This document shows positions 1 to 10,879 of a DNA stretch of 54,256 bases, piece after piece. The position numbers and the translations under genes were made by a program. The DNA comes from Octopus bimaculoides. Taxonomy: Eukaryota. The notes under the pieces are model-generated. The model did not search any database and was not told where the DNA came from. It saw only the letters and a program-made list of their open reading frames with translations. How positions within the stretch are numbered: the stretch's first letter is position 1; each line of letters begins with the position of its first letter. The stretch spans positions 42,982,796-43,037,051 of the forward strand of contig NC_068989.1 of assembly GCF_001194135.2 (NCBI RefSeq). The letters are read 5' to 3'.

Positions 1-14
1 TATATATATACTTT

Positions 15-165
15 AGGAGGAGCTTTCAGATAGTCACTCGACCAGCTAGAAATAGCTTCTAAAACTCCCTTAAATTACATCTTAAAAATTGTTAATACGT
101 GTTGGTCTGAAAATAAAATGGGTTCGTCATGGCAGGAAGGCATGAGTCTTGATAAACCATAGCAG
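15..165 (-). repeat. Short interspersed repeat, unclassified family D
   Basis: Reverse complement (gatgtaatttaagggagttttagaagctatttctagctggtcgagtgac; gccttcctgccatgacgaaccc) resembles 27890-28040 (+) and shorter pieces near 18125-18180 and 43350-43410. Compared by eye. Confidence 0.45.
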
Positions 166-304
166 TGTTTGTTTTTTTTCGCAAACCATTCTCAAACTGT
201 TCCTGTTACATTTCTATCAGCTTCCTATCACTGAGTTGCGTGCAACATTCTTCTTTTCTTTTGAAAGTGTAAAATATTTTCTTCTATACTACTTTTTTTT
301 TTCC

Positions 305-560
305 TCTTTAATATTGTGTTGTGGTGGAGTTTATTTCTTCGTTCTTTCTGGTGATATTTTTACCGTTTTGCTACTTTATTTGAGTAGAATATGTGCAATG
401 TTTTGTTGGGTGATTACCCGTGATTCGAGATAGGTTGTGTGAGCTGTGTTATATACTGAAGAGTCGGATGGAGAGTGTGTAATGTATGCGCTGCGTAGGT
501 TGTATTATATAAAGGTTCGTCCTATGTTATGTGTGCGTGTGTATGTGTTTGAGTTCTGTT
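305..560 (-). mobile_element. Possible decayed Penelope-like GIY-YIG endonuclease fragment
   Basis: Minus-strand translation NIGRT...SDSSVYNTAHT...ITQQNIAHILLK*SSKT...PPQHNIK recalls the PLE endonuclease pattern YIGxT...SSV..H...IL.K...P.LN. Contains stops. Confidence 0.4.
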
Positions 561-709
561 ATTTCATTGGATGTTCGTTATATGGAGTATATGACGTGTT
601 TCTGTGTGTGTAAGTGAGCGTGTATATGCGTGCGTTGTGTGATATTCCATAGCGTGATGCATGTATTATATAAATATAACATATATTTGACATTAAATAT
701 TAGATATCA

Positions 710-770
<61 letters not shown>

Positions 771-1688
771 NNNNNNNNNNNNNNNNNNNNNNNNNNNNNN
801 NNNNNNNNNNNNNNNNNNNNNNNNNNNNNNNNNNNNNNNNNNNNNNNNNNNNNNNNNNNNNNNNNNNNNNNNNNNNNNNNNNNNNNNNNNNNNNNNNNNN
901 NNNNNNNNNNNNNNNNNNNNNNNNNNNNNNNNNNNNNNNNNNNNNNNNNNNNNNNNNNNNNNNNNNNNNNNNNNNNNNNNNNNNNNNNNNNNNNNNNNNN
1001 NNNNNNNNNNNNNNNNNNNNNNNNNNNNNNNNNNNNNNNNNNNNNNNNNNNNNNNNNNNNNNNNNNNNNNNNNNNNNNNNNNNNNNNNNNNNNNNNNNNN
1101 NNNNNNNNNNNNNNNNNNNNNNNNNNNNNNNNNNNNNNNNNNNNNNNNNNNNNNNNNNNNNNNNNNNNNNNNNNNNNNNNNNNNNNNNNNNNNNNNNNNN
1201 NNNNNNNNNNNNNNNNNNNNNNNNNNNNNNNNNNNNNNNNNNNNNNNNNNNNNNNNNNNNNNNNNNNNNNNNNNNNNNNNNNNNNNNNNNNNNNNNNNNN
1301 NNNNNNNNNNNNNNNNNNNNNNNNNNNNNNNNNNNNNNNNNNNNNNNNNNNNNNNNNNNNNNNNNNNNNNNNNNNNNNNNNNNNNNNNNNNNNNNNNNNN
1401 NNNNNNNNNNNNNNNNNNNNNNNNNNNNNNNNNNNNNNNNNNNNNNNNNNNNNNNNNNNNNNNNNNNNNNNNNNNNNNNNNNNNNNNNNNNNNNNNNNNN
1501 NNNNNNNNNNNNNNNNNNNNNNNNNNNNNNNNNNNNNNNNNNNNNNNNNNNNNNNNNNNNNNNNNNNNNNNNNNNNNNNNNNNNNNNNNNNNNNNNNNNN
1601 NNNNNNNNNNNNNNNNNNNNNNNNNNNNNNNNNNNNNNNNNNNNNNNNNNNNNNNNNNNNNNNNNNNNNNNNNNNNNNNNNNNNNNNN
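771..1688. other. Assembly gap. Other gaps: 7250-7259, 7747-7829, 15174-16068, 20688-20990, 22680-22689, 23468-23511, 24339-24904, 25771-26120, 28536-28545, 33174-34056, 36121-36130, 44273-45058, 45616-46008, 51350-51425
   Basis: Runs of n, mostly flanked by microsatellites such as (TA)n, (CA)n, (CT)n, (ATCC)n. Confidence 0.99.
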
Positions 1689-1859
1689 ATGCTGGTTCCG
1701 TACCCCTTTGAGCAACATCAAATTCACTCATCCGTCCACAAACACTCTCCAAGCTTTCATATCATTTATAATATACATAATATATATATTTATAATATAC
1801 ATACATATATATATTAAATGTATTTATATGTGTGTGTGTGTGTGTGTGTAGTTTATAGG

Positions 1860-2230
1860 CGAAAGAGAGATGTTCTCCGTATAGAATACACTCCGTAGTG
1901 CTGAAGAGATTTTAAACTTGAGAAAGTAGAGGACTAAATGTAAGATCAAGTTAGGCAAGTCGATATACAAAAAATATTAAATACATTTAATACAGAAAAT
2001 GTACATGTTTACATATAAAAAGGTCCGACTTACGCAGAATAGAAATGATATCGAGAATTAAAGGGGTTGAATGAGTTTTACAACGACTCCAACAGTTGTT
2101 TCTGGGGGCTTGCTGGTCCAAAATAATGATTGTAAATTGATTCCATCATCAGATAACACCAGCTTCTGTCTTCAGGGAAGAATTATACATTTGAGATGTT
2201 GATAGAAAGTAAATTAAAGATGGAATAATA
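1860..2230 (-). mobile_element. Penelope-like terminal repeat (pseudo-LTR), family P1, with degenerate hammerhead-like motif
   Basis: Reverse-complement homolog of 37211-37560. Minus strand has CTGATGA-TGG...CCA-GAAACAACTGTT-GGAG. Confidence 0.55.
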
Positions 2231-2444
2231 TTGAGGAGAACTAAGCATACTTGAAAGAGGAGTTAAGGGATATATAGATAGAGAGTAGTGGAAGAGAGAA
2301 TAAATTTTAGGATTAGGGGTTATTAATGAGGCTACATACATCATATATGTATGTATTTCATACATATACATATCTACATACATACATACATACATACATA
2401 CATACATACATACATACATACATGCATACATACATACATACATG

Positions 2445-2478
<34 letters not shown>

Positions 2479-2534
2479 TAAGGTCAGGTGGAGTGTGAAG
2501 TTTGGTGGTTTCTGATGTGCTGTTTGTTCCTCCT

Positions 2535-2625
2535 CTTTACCTTTCATCCCTGTGAGGTCGATAGAATAAAGTACCAGTCAGGTACTGGAGCCGCTATAAC
2601 TGACTAAACTCTCCCCTCAAATCCA
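2535..2625 (+). mobile_element. tRNA-derived SINE family A, 3' partial copy
   Basis: tttacctttcatccctgtgaggtcgatagaataaagtaccag matches the central block of full copies at 26268 and 50852. Confidence 0.65.
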
Positions 2626-2866
2626 ATATTTTGATTAAATTAGACGCAGCAATTATCATCAATATTCTTCTTGTTGATGCTGCTTTTGATATTGCTATTG
2701 TTGCGAACAATAAAAATTTTATTAATATTATTCGATAATTTCATTTTTATTATGCGTTTTCGCTTTTCTGTGTGTCTTATGTATGTGCAATGTTTTGTTT
2801 TCGTTTTGCATTTACCTGCTTCTCTGAAACTACTCATTGCATATAACATACTTATCTTCGTAGTAC

Positions 2867-4850
2867 CTAGTGGTGCTGAATTGTGTTCATCCTTATCATT
2901 GTCTTGACTATTGCGTTCATCAGTAATTCTGAGTGTTTTGCAGTGTATTTGCCTGAGTCGTCGTCAATCATTCCCGTGGCACCTATTATGATAGTTATCT
3001 CTATTAATAGATATGTGTTGGATTCTATAAACCAGATCCACAATTCTTATTTAGATTGTTCATCCTGGGCTATCTTTCTCTGAAGAGATATAACTAGGGG
3101 AAACATCTCAGAGTCTCAAGGTTTTCTTAGTTCAATGAATCGAGTGTATTGTGAACACACATTGTCTGAAAGAACAAGGTGTTCTCCAAGGACAAAATAC
3201 AATAACGATTAGTTTATTCACGTTCGAATCTGCCAAGATATAATAAGAATGAATATCTACTTCACTGTTTTGATTCACAGTGTTTACCGTACACTTGAAT
3301 TATTATCGGTTTGGCAGCCATCAGCACGCATCTGCAAATAATTTGTTTACTGAGTTCTATAAACAAGGAGTAACAATATTTGTGTACATTTGGGTGAAGA
3401 GACACAACCAGGTCGAAATTCCACGGTGTCTCGCAGTCTCCTTAGTTCAACGAATCTTGTGTGTTGTGAACATACATTTTCTTAAAGGAGATGTTATTCT
3501 CTAAATGTGAAATGCAACAGTATATGCACGATCGCGTCTTCCGAACCGTATTAAGAATGAATATGCACGTCATTCTTGCTATATTTGGATAATTTCTTCA
3601 TTTCATTTAAAGAAATATTATTTTCTGCGTGGACTGCCATAGCCCAGAGTATTGTTTTCTCTATTCATATTTGATGATGGTTGCATAATGTCTTGTGTGT
3701 GATAATGTAACTGTCATGTCTGTAGATATATTCTTTCTTGATTAAGTGATATTGTATAACGAGAGCTAATGTGATTAATATTTTTGCCTCAGCCTCAGCG
3801 TATTTTACACCTGTTAGATGTATTCTGCTTCATTACATAATTTTGTTGGTTTCTACTGTACAGCCAATAATCCTTAAGTCTTGCCCAGTGCAACAATTTA
3901 CCTAAGCATATTTTCACCCTGTTCTGTCTTTTCAGGTACTGACCATGTAAGTGCTTTTCTAGCCACCATTTTATCATAGTTTTACCGTTGCCGCATTATT
4001 CTAGTTTTAGATTTTATTCAATTTCTCTTGTTTCTCCTTTCTTCTTATAAGTGCGTCATTTCAGTCTCCGTTTAGTAGTTGTTGGACTCGTTGAAAGCTT
4101 AAAACAGATTTTGGTATTTTTTTCATGTCTTTTAGCTATTTATGTCAGTTTTCCATTGTCCCTCATAAGATATCTGATTTTTTATAATAGTTTTGTATTT
4201 TCATACAGGCACTATTTGCTTGTATTTTTTTCATATAATCACTAATTGCTTTGTATTTCTTTTTTCATACAAGCATTATTTGCTTGAATTTATAGTAAAT
4301 ATAATGCCAGGATTAAATGGTGTATTCTAAATGCAATTCTTACTTCACTTTTCTCATTTTCTGTCAACTCTTGTTAATTCATTTAGTGTCTACTTGAGAA
4401 AATTATGACTGTAATTTATCACTTTAACGGCTACAATACTTTTACCTGGTACTATAACTTTTCATGTATTTCTATTTTATTTTATATTATAATAAGCCTA
4501 TAATGTTCTTTGTAAGCTTTCCTTTCATGTACATGCATGGTGTATTCTGTCTAGTTAGCTAGTTTGTATGTATTTGTAAATTCTTTATTCGTTCTAATCT
4601 CCTTATTTCCGTTCTTTTATCTAACATTATGCTAGCGTTCTTAATTTTCTTTCTTTCAGGGATCCTTTGGCACATTTTCCTAATTCGAAACATGTCAATT
4701 TCTTTAGTAAAACCATTTCACTGTCTAGCATTTCTAGTTGTTTATAATGTATAGCGTACAAATTGAGGCTGTCAAAAGTTGGTTGATTGACCTCCAGTAG
4801 CATCTCTATTCAAGTCATATTGAGTTTAACATGGTGGTTAACGGTGATCA
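2867..4850 (-). mobile_element. Heavily decayed R4/Dong-clade LINE (RT to restriction-like endonuclease)
   Basis: Ordered minus-strand motifs: INQLL-DSLNLYA (~4753-4788, cf. INHLLYMDDLKLYA), FTKEIDM/FELGKCAKGSLK (~4655-4720), WLEKHLHGQY (~3930-3970), GKT*GLLAVQ, KKEYIYRHD (~3713-3740), EMKKLSKY (~3579-3600), IIIGATGMI (~2966-2992). Many stops and frameshifts; may extend to ~5250. Confidence 0.7.
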
Positions 4851-5440
4851 GTTAGCCATTTACTCACGATACATCTAATGTAATTGCTTATTGATGCTAT
4901 ATTATTCGTGGTTAATGTTTCTAAGGATATATGTGTGGAAAAGTCACGTCATCCGATGTTAAAGCCATTCTTTCTCTTACAATTTTTAATGAAAGCTTAC
5001 TTCCTACCTAGGTTTTGATGAAACTGTACTGAGCTGGATTAAATCTATTTTGTGGACAACTTTATCATTTTCATACCGACAGATTCACTGCGAATTTGCG
5101 AGAATAATTAGCTGCAGATGTTCTTCAATTTTCGGTACTTCTGTTTTTGTTTCTTTTTTTAAATATTTTGTATTATATATCCCTTGTTCTTTAGTCATTA
5201 ACAATTACTATTTTTATTTAAGTCTTTTTCTCATAATGCTTGTGTCTTGATATGATATATGAGCATGTAATAAACAATACTCGCACTTATATGTATCTAG
5301 TGTGGTTATTTCTATGTTATTAAATTAATCTTGATTATATTAATGTTCATGCTTAATTTTACTAAATCGACGATGGCCAGATTTATATTCATTTCTGTTG
5401 TTGTTATCTTAGGATCGTATTATTCTTGGTTAATGCAAGA

Positions 5441-5634
5441 CATAAGGCCTGAAATTTGTGGGGGTGGGGATTAGTCGATTGCATCGACCCCAGTACTTGA
5501 CTACTACTTAATTTATCGACCCTAAAAGGATGAAAGGCAAAGTCGGCCTCGGCGGAATTTGAACGCAGAACGTAGCGACGGGCGAAATACCGCTAAGCAT
5601 TTTGTCCGGTGTTCTAATGATTTTGTCAGCTAGC
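5441..5634 (-). mobile_element. tRNA-derived SINE family A, near full length
   Basis: Reverse complement shows A-box-like head, B-box-like GCGTTCAAATTCC and the central tttgcctttcatccttt..ggtcgataaatt block; (AAT)n abuts the head end. Confidence 0.85.
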
Positions 5635-6536
5635 AATAATAATAATAATAATAATATGTTTCTAATTTAGGCACATAATTAGAATTTTTAAGGAAAAGCG
5701 TTAATCGGTAAATTTGACGCCAGTGCTAGACTGATATTTAATTTTATAAACCGTGAAAAGATGTACAGCTCAGACATTGTTCGTGGATTTTTCTTTAGTT
5801 TCTTATTATCCTATGGACACTCTTCTAAACTCCCCGGAGTTTTGCCATTGTTGCGTGATTGTAACCAATTACTTAAAATATTCTTCGATTCATAGAATTC
5901 ATACACTTTCCAACACTTTCAAATTTTATTTTAACCCTTCCTTTGTTTTTTTGTTTTTTTAATCGACCTCACACCCTTACTACTTTTTCACGCACCTTTC
6001 TTTTGCTAAACCATGTGCTTATAAATACTTGATTTCCTGGCATTGACACGCGCTCTCATCTCTTTATATGCACGGTTTCACACCACCCACCAAACCATTA
6101 CATACATTGACATACACATGTACCAGCAACCACAAACCCACTAACCAATGCCATATTTTCATGCTTGCATACCACTATTCACATACTACATCTCACTAAC
6201 ACACACATATCGCTCCCCTCAATCCCGTTTCCAGACACAACTACACTCTTATACATGCATACACACACAAACACACACACACACACACACACAGAGTCTT
6301 CGCTTTCTAACTTCCATTATAGAATAGCATTCTCACCTGGTTTCTGGCTCTTCACCCGGATTTTTTCAGTGTCTATTTATCTTTCCCAATCTTGCAAAGT
6401 TCTCTCCCTTTTTTTCTTCCGATAAATGAAAAAAAAATGCGAAACGTTATTCTTTCCCTTTAAGTATTAATTCAATGCCCTATTTGTATTCTGTATTCTT
6501 CATGTGTTGTTCATTTAAGTATTCATTGTATATGCA

Positions 6537-6596
<60 letters not shown>

Positions 6597-6633
6597 CTGC
6601 GCGCGCGTGCTGTATGTTTGTGTGTGTGTGTTT

Positions 6634-6960
6634 GTCGGAACATGTATATCCTGCATAATGGTGATCAGTCGGAACATGTATATCCCACATAATGGTGATC
6701 AGGATATTGTCATGTAACGTGTTTGGAACATTATTATAACATTTCTTATTCACGGAGTGTCGGTATAATGCCCAGATGATGTAACTGCCAAATCGATTGT
6801 GTCTTTGCACGTATTCAGATTTGGCTCGAAGTAAGCAGCCGGAAATAATGTATTCAATAGTCTCTACGGTTGCGCAATCTGGACTAGATGTTAGTAGCTT
6901 GTTTGCATTTTTGAGACAATATGACGACAAAACAGTCCTCCATACTCTACCAGCATGACA
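6634..6960 (-). mobile_element. R4/Dong-clade LINE fragment (zinc-knuckle region)
   Basis: Within ORF 6523..7320(-): PDCATVETIEYIISGCLLRAKSEYVQRHNRFGSYIIWAL...IMWDIHVPTD, cf. C..C...ET..H..SGC..LA..EY..RH...ILWD..I.TD. Ends in a 34-bp tandem duplication (6634-6667/6668-6701, 2 mismatches). Confidence 0.75.
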
Positions 6961-7854
6961 AGGACTAATATGAGGGCAATCTGGTTCCAGACAAATGCAG
7001 GAGTACGTCCTCATAAATGAAACATTCCTATTACTAAATAGGACACATATGTAGTAGGTAATCATACCCCCATACCCACAGTTTATATTTATATAAGGTA
7101 GAATAGTTAGTGGGCTGTTATGTAGATGTGTGTGTGTGTGTGTATACACATGTATGTAGGTAGATGGATATGAAAGTAAACAGATAGATATACAGACGGA
7201 TAGGTACATAGGTAATATGAACAGACAAGCACACATACACACACACACANNNNNNNNNNGCACACATACACACACACACACACACACACATACGCATATG
7301 AAGACTGAAACATATGACAATACTTCACTTCACACATACGCACGCACACATACATACACGCATACACACACTTACATGCATTCATACATATATACACACG
7401 TACATATATACATACATACATACATACATCCATACATACATACATCCATCCATACACACATACATACATACATGTGTATGCGCGCATATACTGACCCATA
7501 CACATGTGCACAAACAAAAAGAATGCAGCTTGGATAAGGGACAGAGTCAACAACTATTGAAAAGGTTGCGAGACGCAACGAAAAATTTTTTTAATGAATA
7601 AGTGAGTGGAAATTTTGCCGGTGAGTGTGTTAAATTATATGACATTAAAAGAGAACGACTCTCCACAGACACAACAGAACATGTTTCAACACATGAACTC
7701 ACATAGAGAATCTTGAAAACCAAATTAAAAAACGATATATATATATNNNNNNNNNNNNNNNNNNNNNNNNNNNNNNNNNNNNNNNNNNNNNNNNNNNNNN
7801 NNNNNNNNNNNNNNNNNNNNNNNNNNNNNTATATATATAGGCAAAATTCACAAA

Positions 7855-7985
7855 AAAAACAAAAGTCGAAGACAGGTGGTGTAGACAACAAACAGATGTA
7901 TTAGTATAACGCTCGGGGAGTGAAAAAGTCTTTAACGTTTCGAGCCTACGCTCTTCCACAGAAAGGAACACAGAAAGAAACAAGG
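7855..7985 (-). mobile_element. Penelope-like terminal repeat fragment, family P2
   Basis: Carries the hammerhead-like motif at 7930-7965. Its tail (gacaggtggtgtagacaacaaacagatgtattagtataacgctcggg) recurs at ~15025-15090. Confidence 0.55.
7930..7965 (-). ncRNA. Minimal type I hammerhead-ribozyme-like motif, variant core
   Basis: CTTT-CTGTGGA-A-GAGC-GTAG-GCTC-GAAACGTT-AAAG: stem I CTTT/AAAG, stem II GAGC/GCTC, palindromic stem III ACGT; core CUGUGGA instead of CUGANGA. Confidence 0.55.
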
Positions 7986-8199
7986 AGAGAAAAAAAGTAT
8001 GTGTAGGTTTGCAAGATTCTTTGTGTGAGTTTGTGTGTTGAAGCATATTCAATAACACCTTCCACCTTTCTTCTCGCCGTCCGATATACTTCATCAATAC
8101 CTTTATTCCTTCACATGCACACACACTTTTAACTGTTTATACAGAGATTTTTATCTCAATCTTTACTGTTTATAGAGACACTTTTATCTACACGTTTCC

Positions 8200-8500
8200 T
8201 TTTTTACATGAAATAAGATAACTTTTGCTTCATTCTGAATATTTTTCTCGCCCCACTGTTTTGTTGTGTAGCAACATTTGAACCTGACTCCGTCTCCTTT
8301 GTATGTGGAGTGGGTATATTCTATTTATATCAGCTTCGAAATTGTGACTTTCGAAGGCCAGTAATAGTTTCCTATATATAGTAGCTGGAATAGCTGGAGT
8401 ATTACCTTATCTTCCTTTCTCTGTCTTTTAGCCTCTGATTCATCTAATCCGAAATGTTTGTATGGGTGGTTCTTCTGTAAATCTCTGGTTTCCGTCTTAA
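8200..8500 (-). mobile_element. Possible very old R4/Dong-like LINE fragment
   Basis: Minus-strand HPYKHFGLDE (~8437-8470) and ADINRIY (~8313-8334) echo YKYLG..E and ADV.RLY in the right order. Weak. Confidence 0.3.
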
Positions 8501-8571
8501 TATCTAATTAATATTATTGGTTTTAGCTGATCTTTCTCCTCCTCCATGTTTTCTCTTCTTTGTTCTTCCTG

Positions 8572-8652
8572 ATTTTCTTCTTCTTCTTCTTCTTCTTCTT
8601 CTTCTTCTTCTTCTTCTTCTTCTTCTTCTTCTTCTTCTTCTTCTTCTTCTTT
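8572..8652. repeat. (TTC)n microsatellite
   Basis: Direct reading; explains the poly-R ORF 8504..8800. Confidence 0.97.
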
Positions 8653-8700
8653 TTCTGCAGACAGAGAAAAACAATGGCTGTGGATGACATAAAATCAAAT

Positions 8701-8976
8701 AATGTAATAGATAGAGAGATGAGTTCTTAACTTTTGTATACGATTGCCGCAATCCATCACTAAGGTAAACATAGCTGACGTAATCCATCACCACGGCCAA
8801 CTTAATGACAACAAGCGCAACTCGAAAGTAATTTATTTATTGGTCCTTTGAACAACAATATTTCGGCATCTCGTGTGCCTTCAACAGGTTCAAAATAAAA
8901 TAAATGTCAGTCTAATTCATTTTTTAGTTTATATAAAGCACAAAAGTTAAGAACTCATCTCTCTATCTATTACATT
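8701..8976 (-). mobile_element. 276-bp element with 37-bp perfect terminal inverted repeats and an internal hammerhead-like motif (probable solo Penelope-like pLTR, family P3)
   Basis: 8701-8737 aatgtaatagatagagagatgagttcttaacttttgt is the exact reverse complement of 8940-8976. Hammerhead-like motif at 8848-8893 is followed by AATAAA on the minus strand. No target-site duplication seen. Confidence 0.6.
8848..8893 (-). ncRNA. Minimal type I hammerhead-ribozyme-like motif, variant core
   Basis: TTGAAC-CTGTTGA-A-GGCA-CACGAGA-TGCC-GAAA-TATTGTT-GTTCAA: 6-bp stem I, 4-bp stem II, weak stem III; core CUGUUGA. Confidence 0.6.
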
Positions 8977-8977
8977 T

Positions 8978-9391
8978 CTGCTGAGTTACTAGTCTGCTGA
9001 GTTACATACCGAGCGCAGCTCTGTGCGCCTTGGGTATGTGCTGTGGTTTGCTGTGGTGCTCTTATGGTTACTGTATTGAAAGTGCTTTGCGTAGAATGTG
9101 TGCAGTGCCCAGTAGTGCAATTTTCTGTATGGTGTTTTTGTTATGTATTTGTCTGAATATTTTTTTATTATACCTAAGGCACCTACTATGATAGGAATTG
9201 TTTCTGTTTTTAGATTCCACATTCGAGTTACCTCTATTTCCAGGTCTTTGTATTTTGAAAGTTTATCCATTTCTTTTAGGGAAACGTTGTCATATGCTGG
9301 TATTGATACATCAATTAGAAAACATTTTTTTTTTCTTCATGATCTTTGACGACTATATCTGGTCTATTTGCCTTAATTTCTCTATCTGTGT

Positions 9392-9393
<2 letters not shown>
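8978..9393 (-). mobile_element. 5'-truncated R4/Dong-clade LINE (endonuclease domain plus 3' UTR)
   Basis: HTDREIKANRPDIVVKD (ORF 9315..9611) then MDKLSKYKDLEIEVTRMWNLKTETIPIIVGALGIIKK (ORF 8989..9270). 5' junction sits directly in a (TAA)n array. Confidence 0.88.
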
Positions 9394-9434
<41 letters not shown>

Positions 9435-9451
9435 CTCTCTTTGCATTATTG

Positions 9452-9495
<44 letters not shown>

Positions 9496-9511
9496 GTTAT
9501 TATTATTATTA
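9393..9511. repeat. (ATT)n array containing a second copy of atctctctttgcat
   Basis: Direct reading; the 14-mer at ~9432 repeats the terminus of the adjacent element at ~9511. Confidence 0.9.
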
Positions 9512-9991
9512 TCTCTCTTTGCATGCTATCAATGTGACATTGGGGTACAAATATATGAGGCCCAGTAAACCTAACATGACAACCCGTTTGATAAGGGTAC
9601 ACCAAGCACATGCATCACTACCATATGTGCGCGACATGGTAATCTTATATCAAGATAAACAGCGCATGATCTTGCAGCTGGGCACCAATTAGAATTTTCT
9701 TCAGGTCGAGTAGCCCATCCCACTCAAAAGGTCCCTGAATAAGGGTTGTTTACCTGAATAAGGTCCCCGAATAAGGATGTTGAACGAAACACCCATGTTT
9801 CCAGAGGTGAATTATTCAAACTGTAAAGAATTCCTCTCAACACATAGCTATGATGCTCCCCCACTACTTCTGCTCATGATCAGAGATGCACATATCATCG
9901 ACCACTAAGGGACATGCTCAACCGGTTAAGGTCAAGCAACTGACAATCAAATCTGTGGTTTTGAGCTGAATAGTTACTGTACCCCAACTTT
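9512..9991 (-). mobile_element. Non-coding interspersed element family C (~470 bp) with (TAA)n 3' tail
   Basis: End-to-end reverse-complement homology to 31871-32335 (e.g. gttgaacgaaacacccatgtttccagaggtgaattat; aggtcgagtagcccatcc). Both copies end in TAA arrays. Confidence 0.85.
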
Positions 9992-10019
9992 TATTGTTGT
10001 TGTTGTTGTTGTTAAGACA

Positions 10020-10215
10020 GCAGGTTGGTAGAATCATTACTGCGCCAGGTAAAAAGCTTAGCGGCATTTCTTTTGGCTGTACGTTCAGAGTTCAATTGCC
10101 AGCGTAATCGGTTTTGTCTTTCGTCATTTCGGGGTCGATAAAAAAAGTACCAGTCAAATACTACAGTTTATGTAATCGACTATCATCATCATCCAGACTT
10201 TCAGGACTTGTATAT
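10020..10215 (+). mobile_element. tRNA-derived SINE family A, diverged
   Basis: ttggtagaatcattactgcgccagg...gagttcaattgcc...tttcggggtcgataaaaaaagtaccag. Confidence 0.8.
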
Positions 10216-10234
10216 ATTTATCTACATACTCTTT

Positions 10235-10690
<456 letters not shown>

Positions 10691-10879
10691 TGTGTGTGCT
10701 GTGTCTTTAGTTTTGTGTGTCTGTATACGTGCAGTGGTAGTGGTTGGCAAAACATATATGCGTGTGCGGGCACGTGCGCGCACGTGCTTGTAAGTGTGTG
10801 TGTATGTGTATGTGTGTGTGTGTGTGTATGTGTATTTGTTTCTACACATATATAAACATAAATATTAAAAAAGCATCAA

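Noticed and set aside
630-1817. Long ORFs of 200-450 aa here and at 14967-16307, 24219-25114, 25630-26204, 33080-34276, 44205-45251 and 45410-46042
   Set aside because: They are open only because N runs translate as X.
4640-4750. Strong-looking plus-strand splice acceptor (ttttctttctttcag) and short frame
   Set aside because: The opposite strand encodes Dong RT motifs (FELGKCAK), which explains the sequence.
7107-7601. ORFs rich in HT, YI, CV, poly-I, poly-N, poly-S or poly-D throughout the window
   Set aside because: They are translations of di-, tri- and tetranucleotide microsatellites, open in several frames and on both strands.
7985-8124. KYIGR motif upstream of the P2 hammerhead as a GIY-YIG domain
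   Set aside because: Only three residues match and the downstream R..EH and P.LN motifs are absent; suggestive but unsupported.
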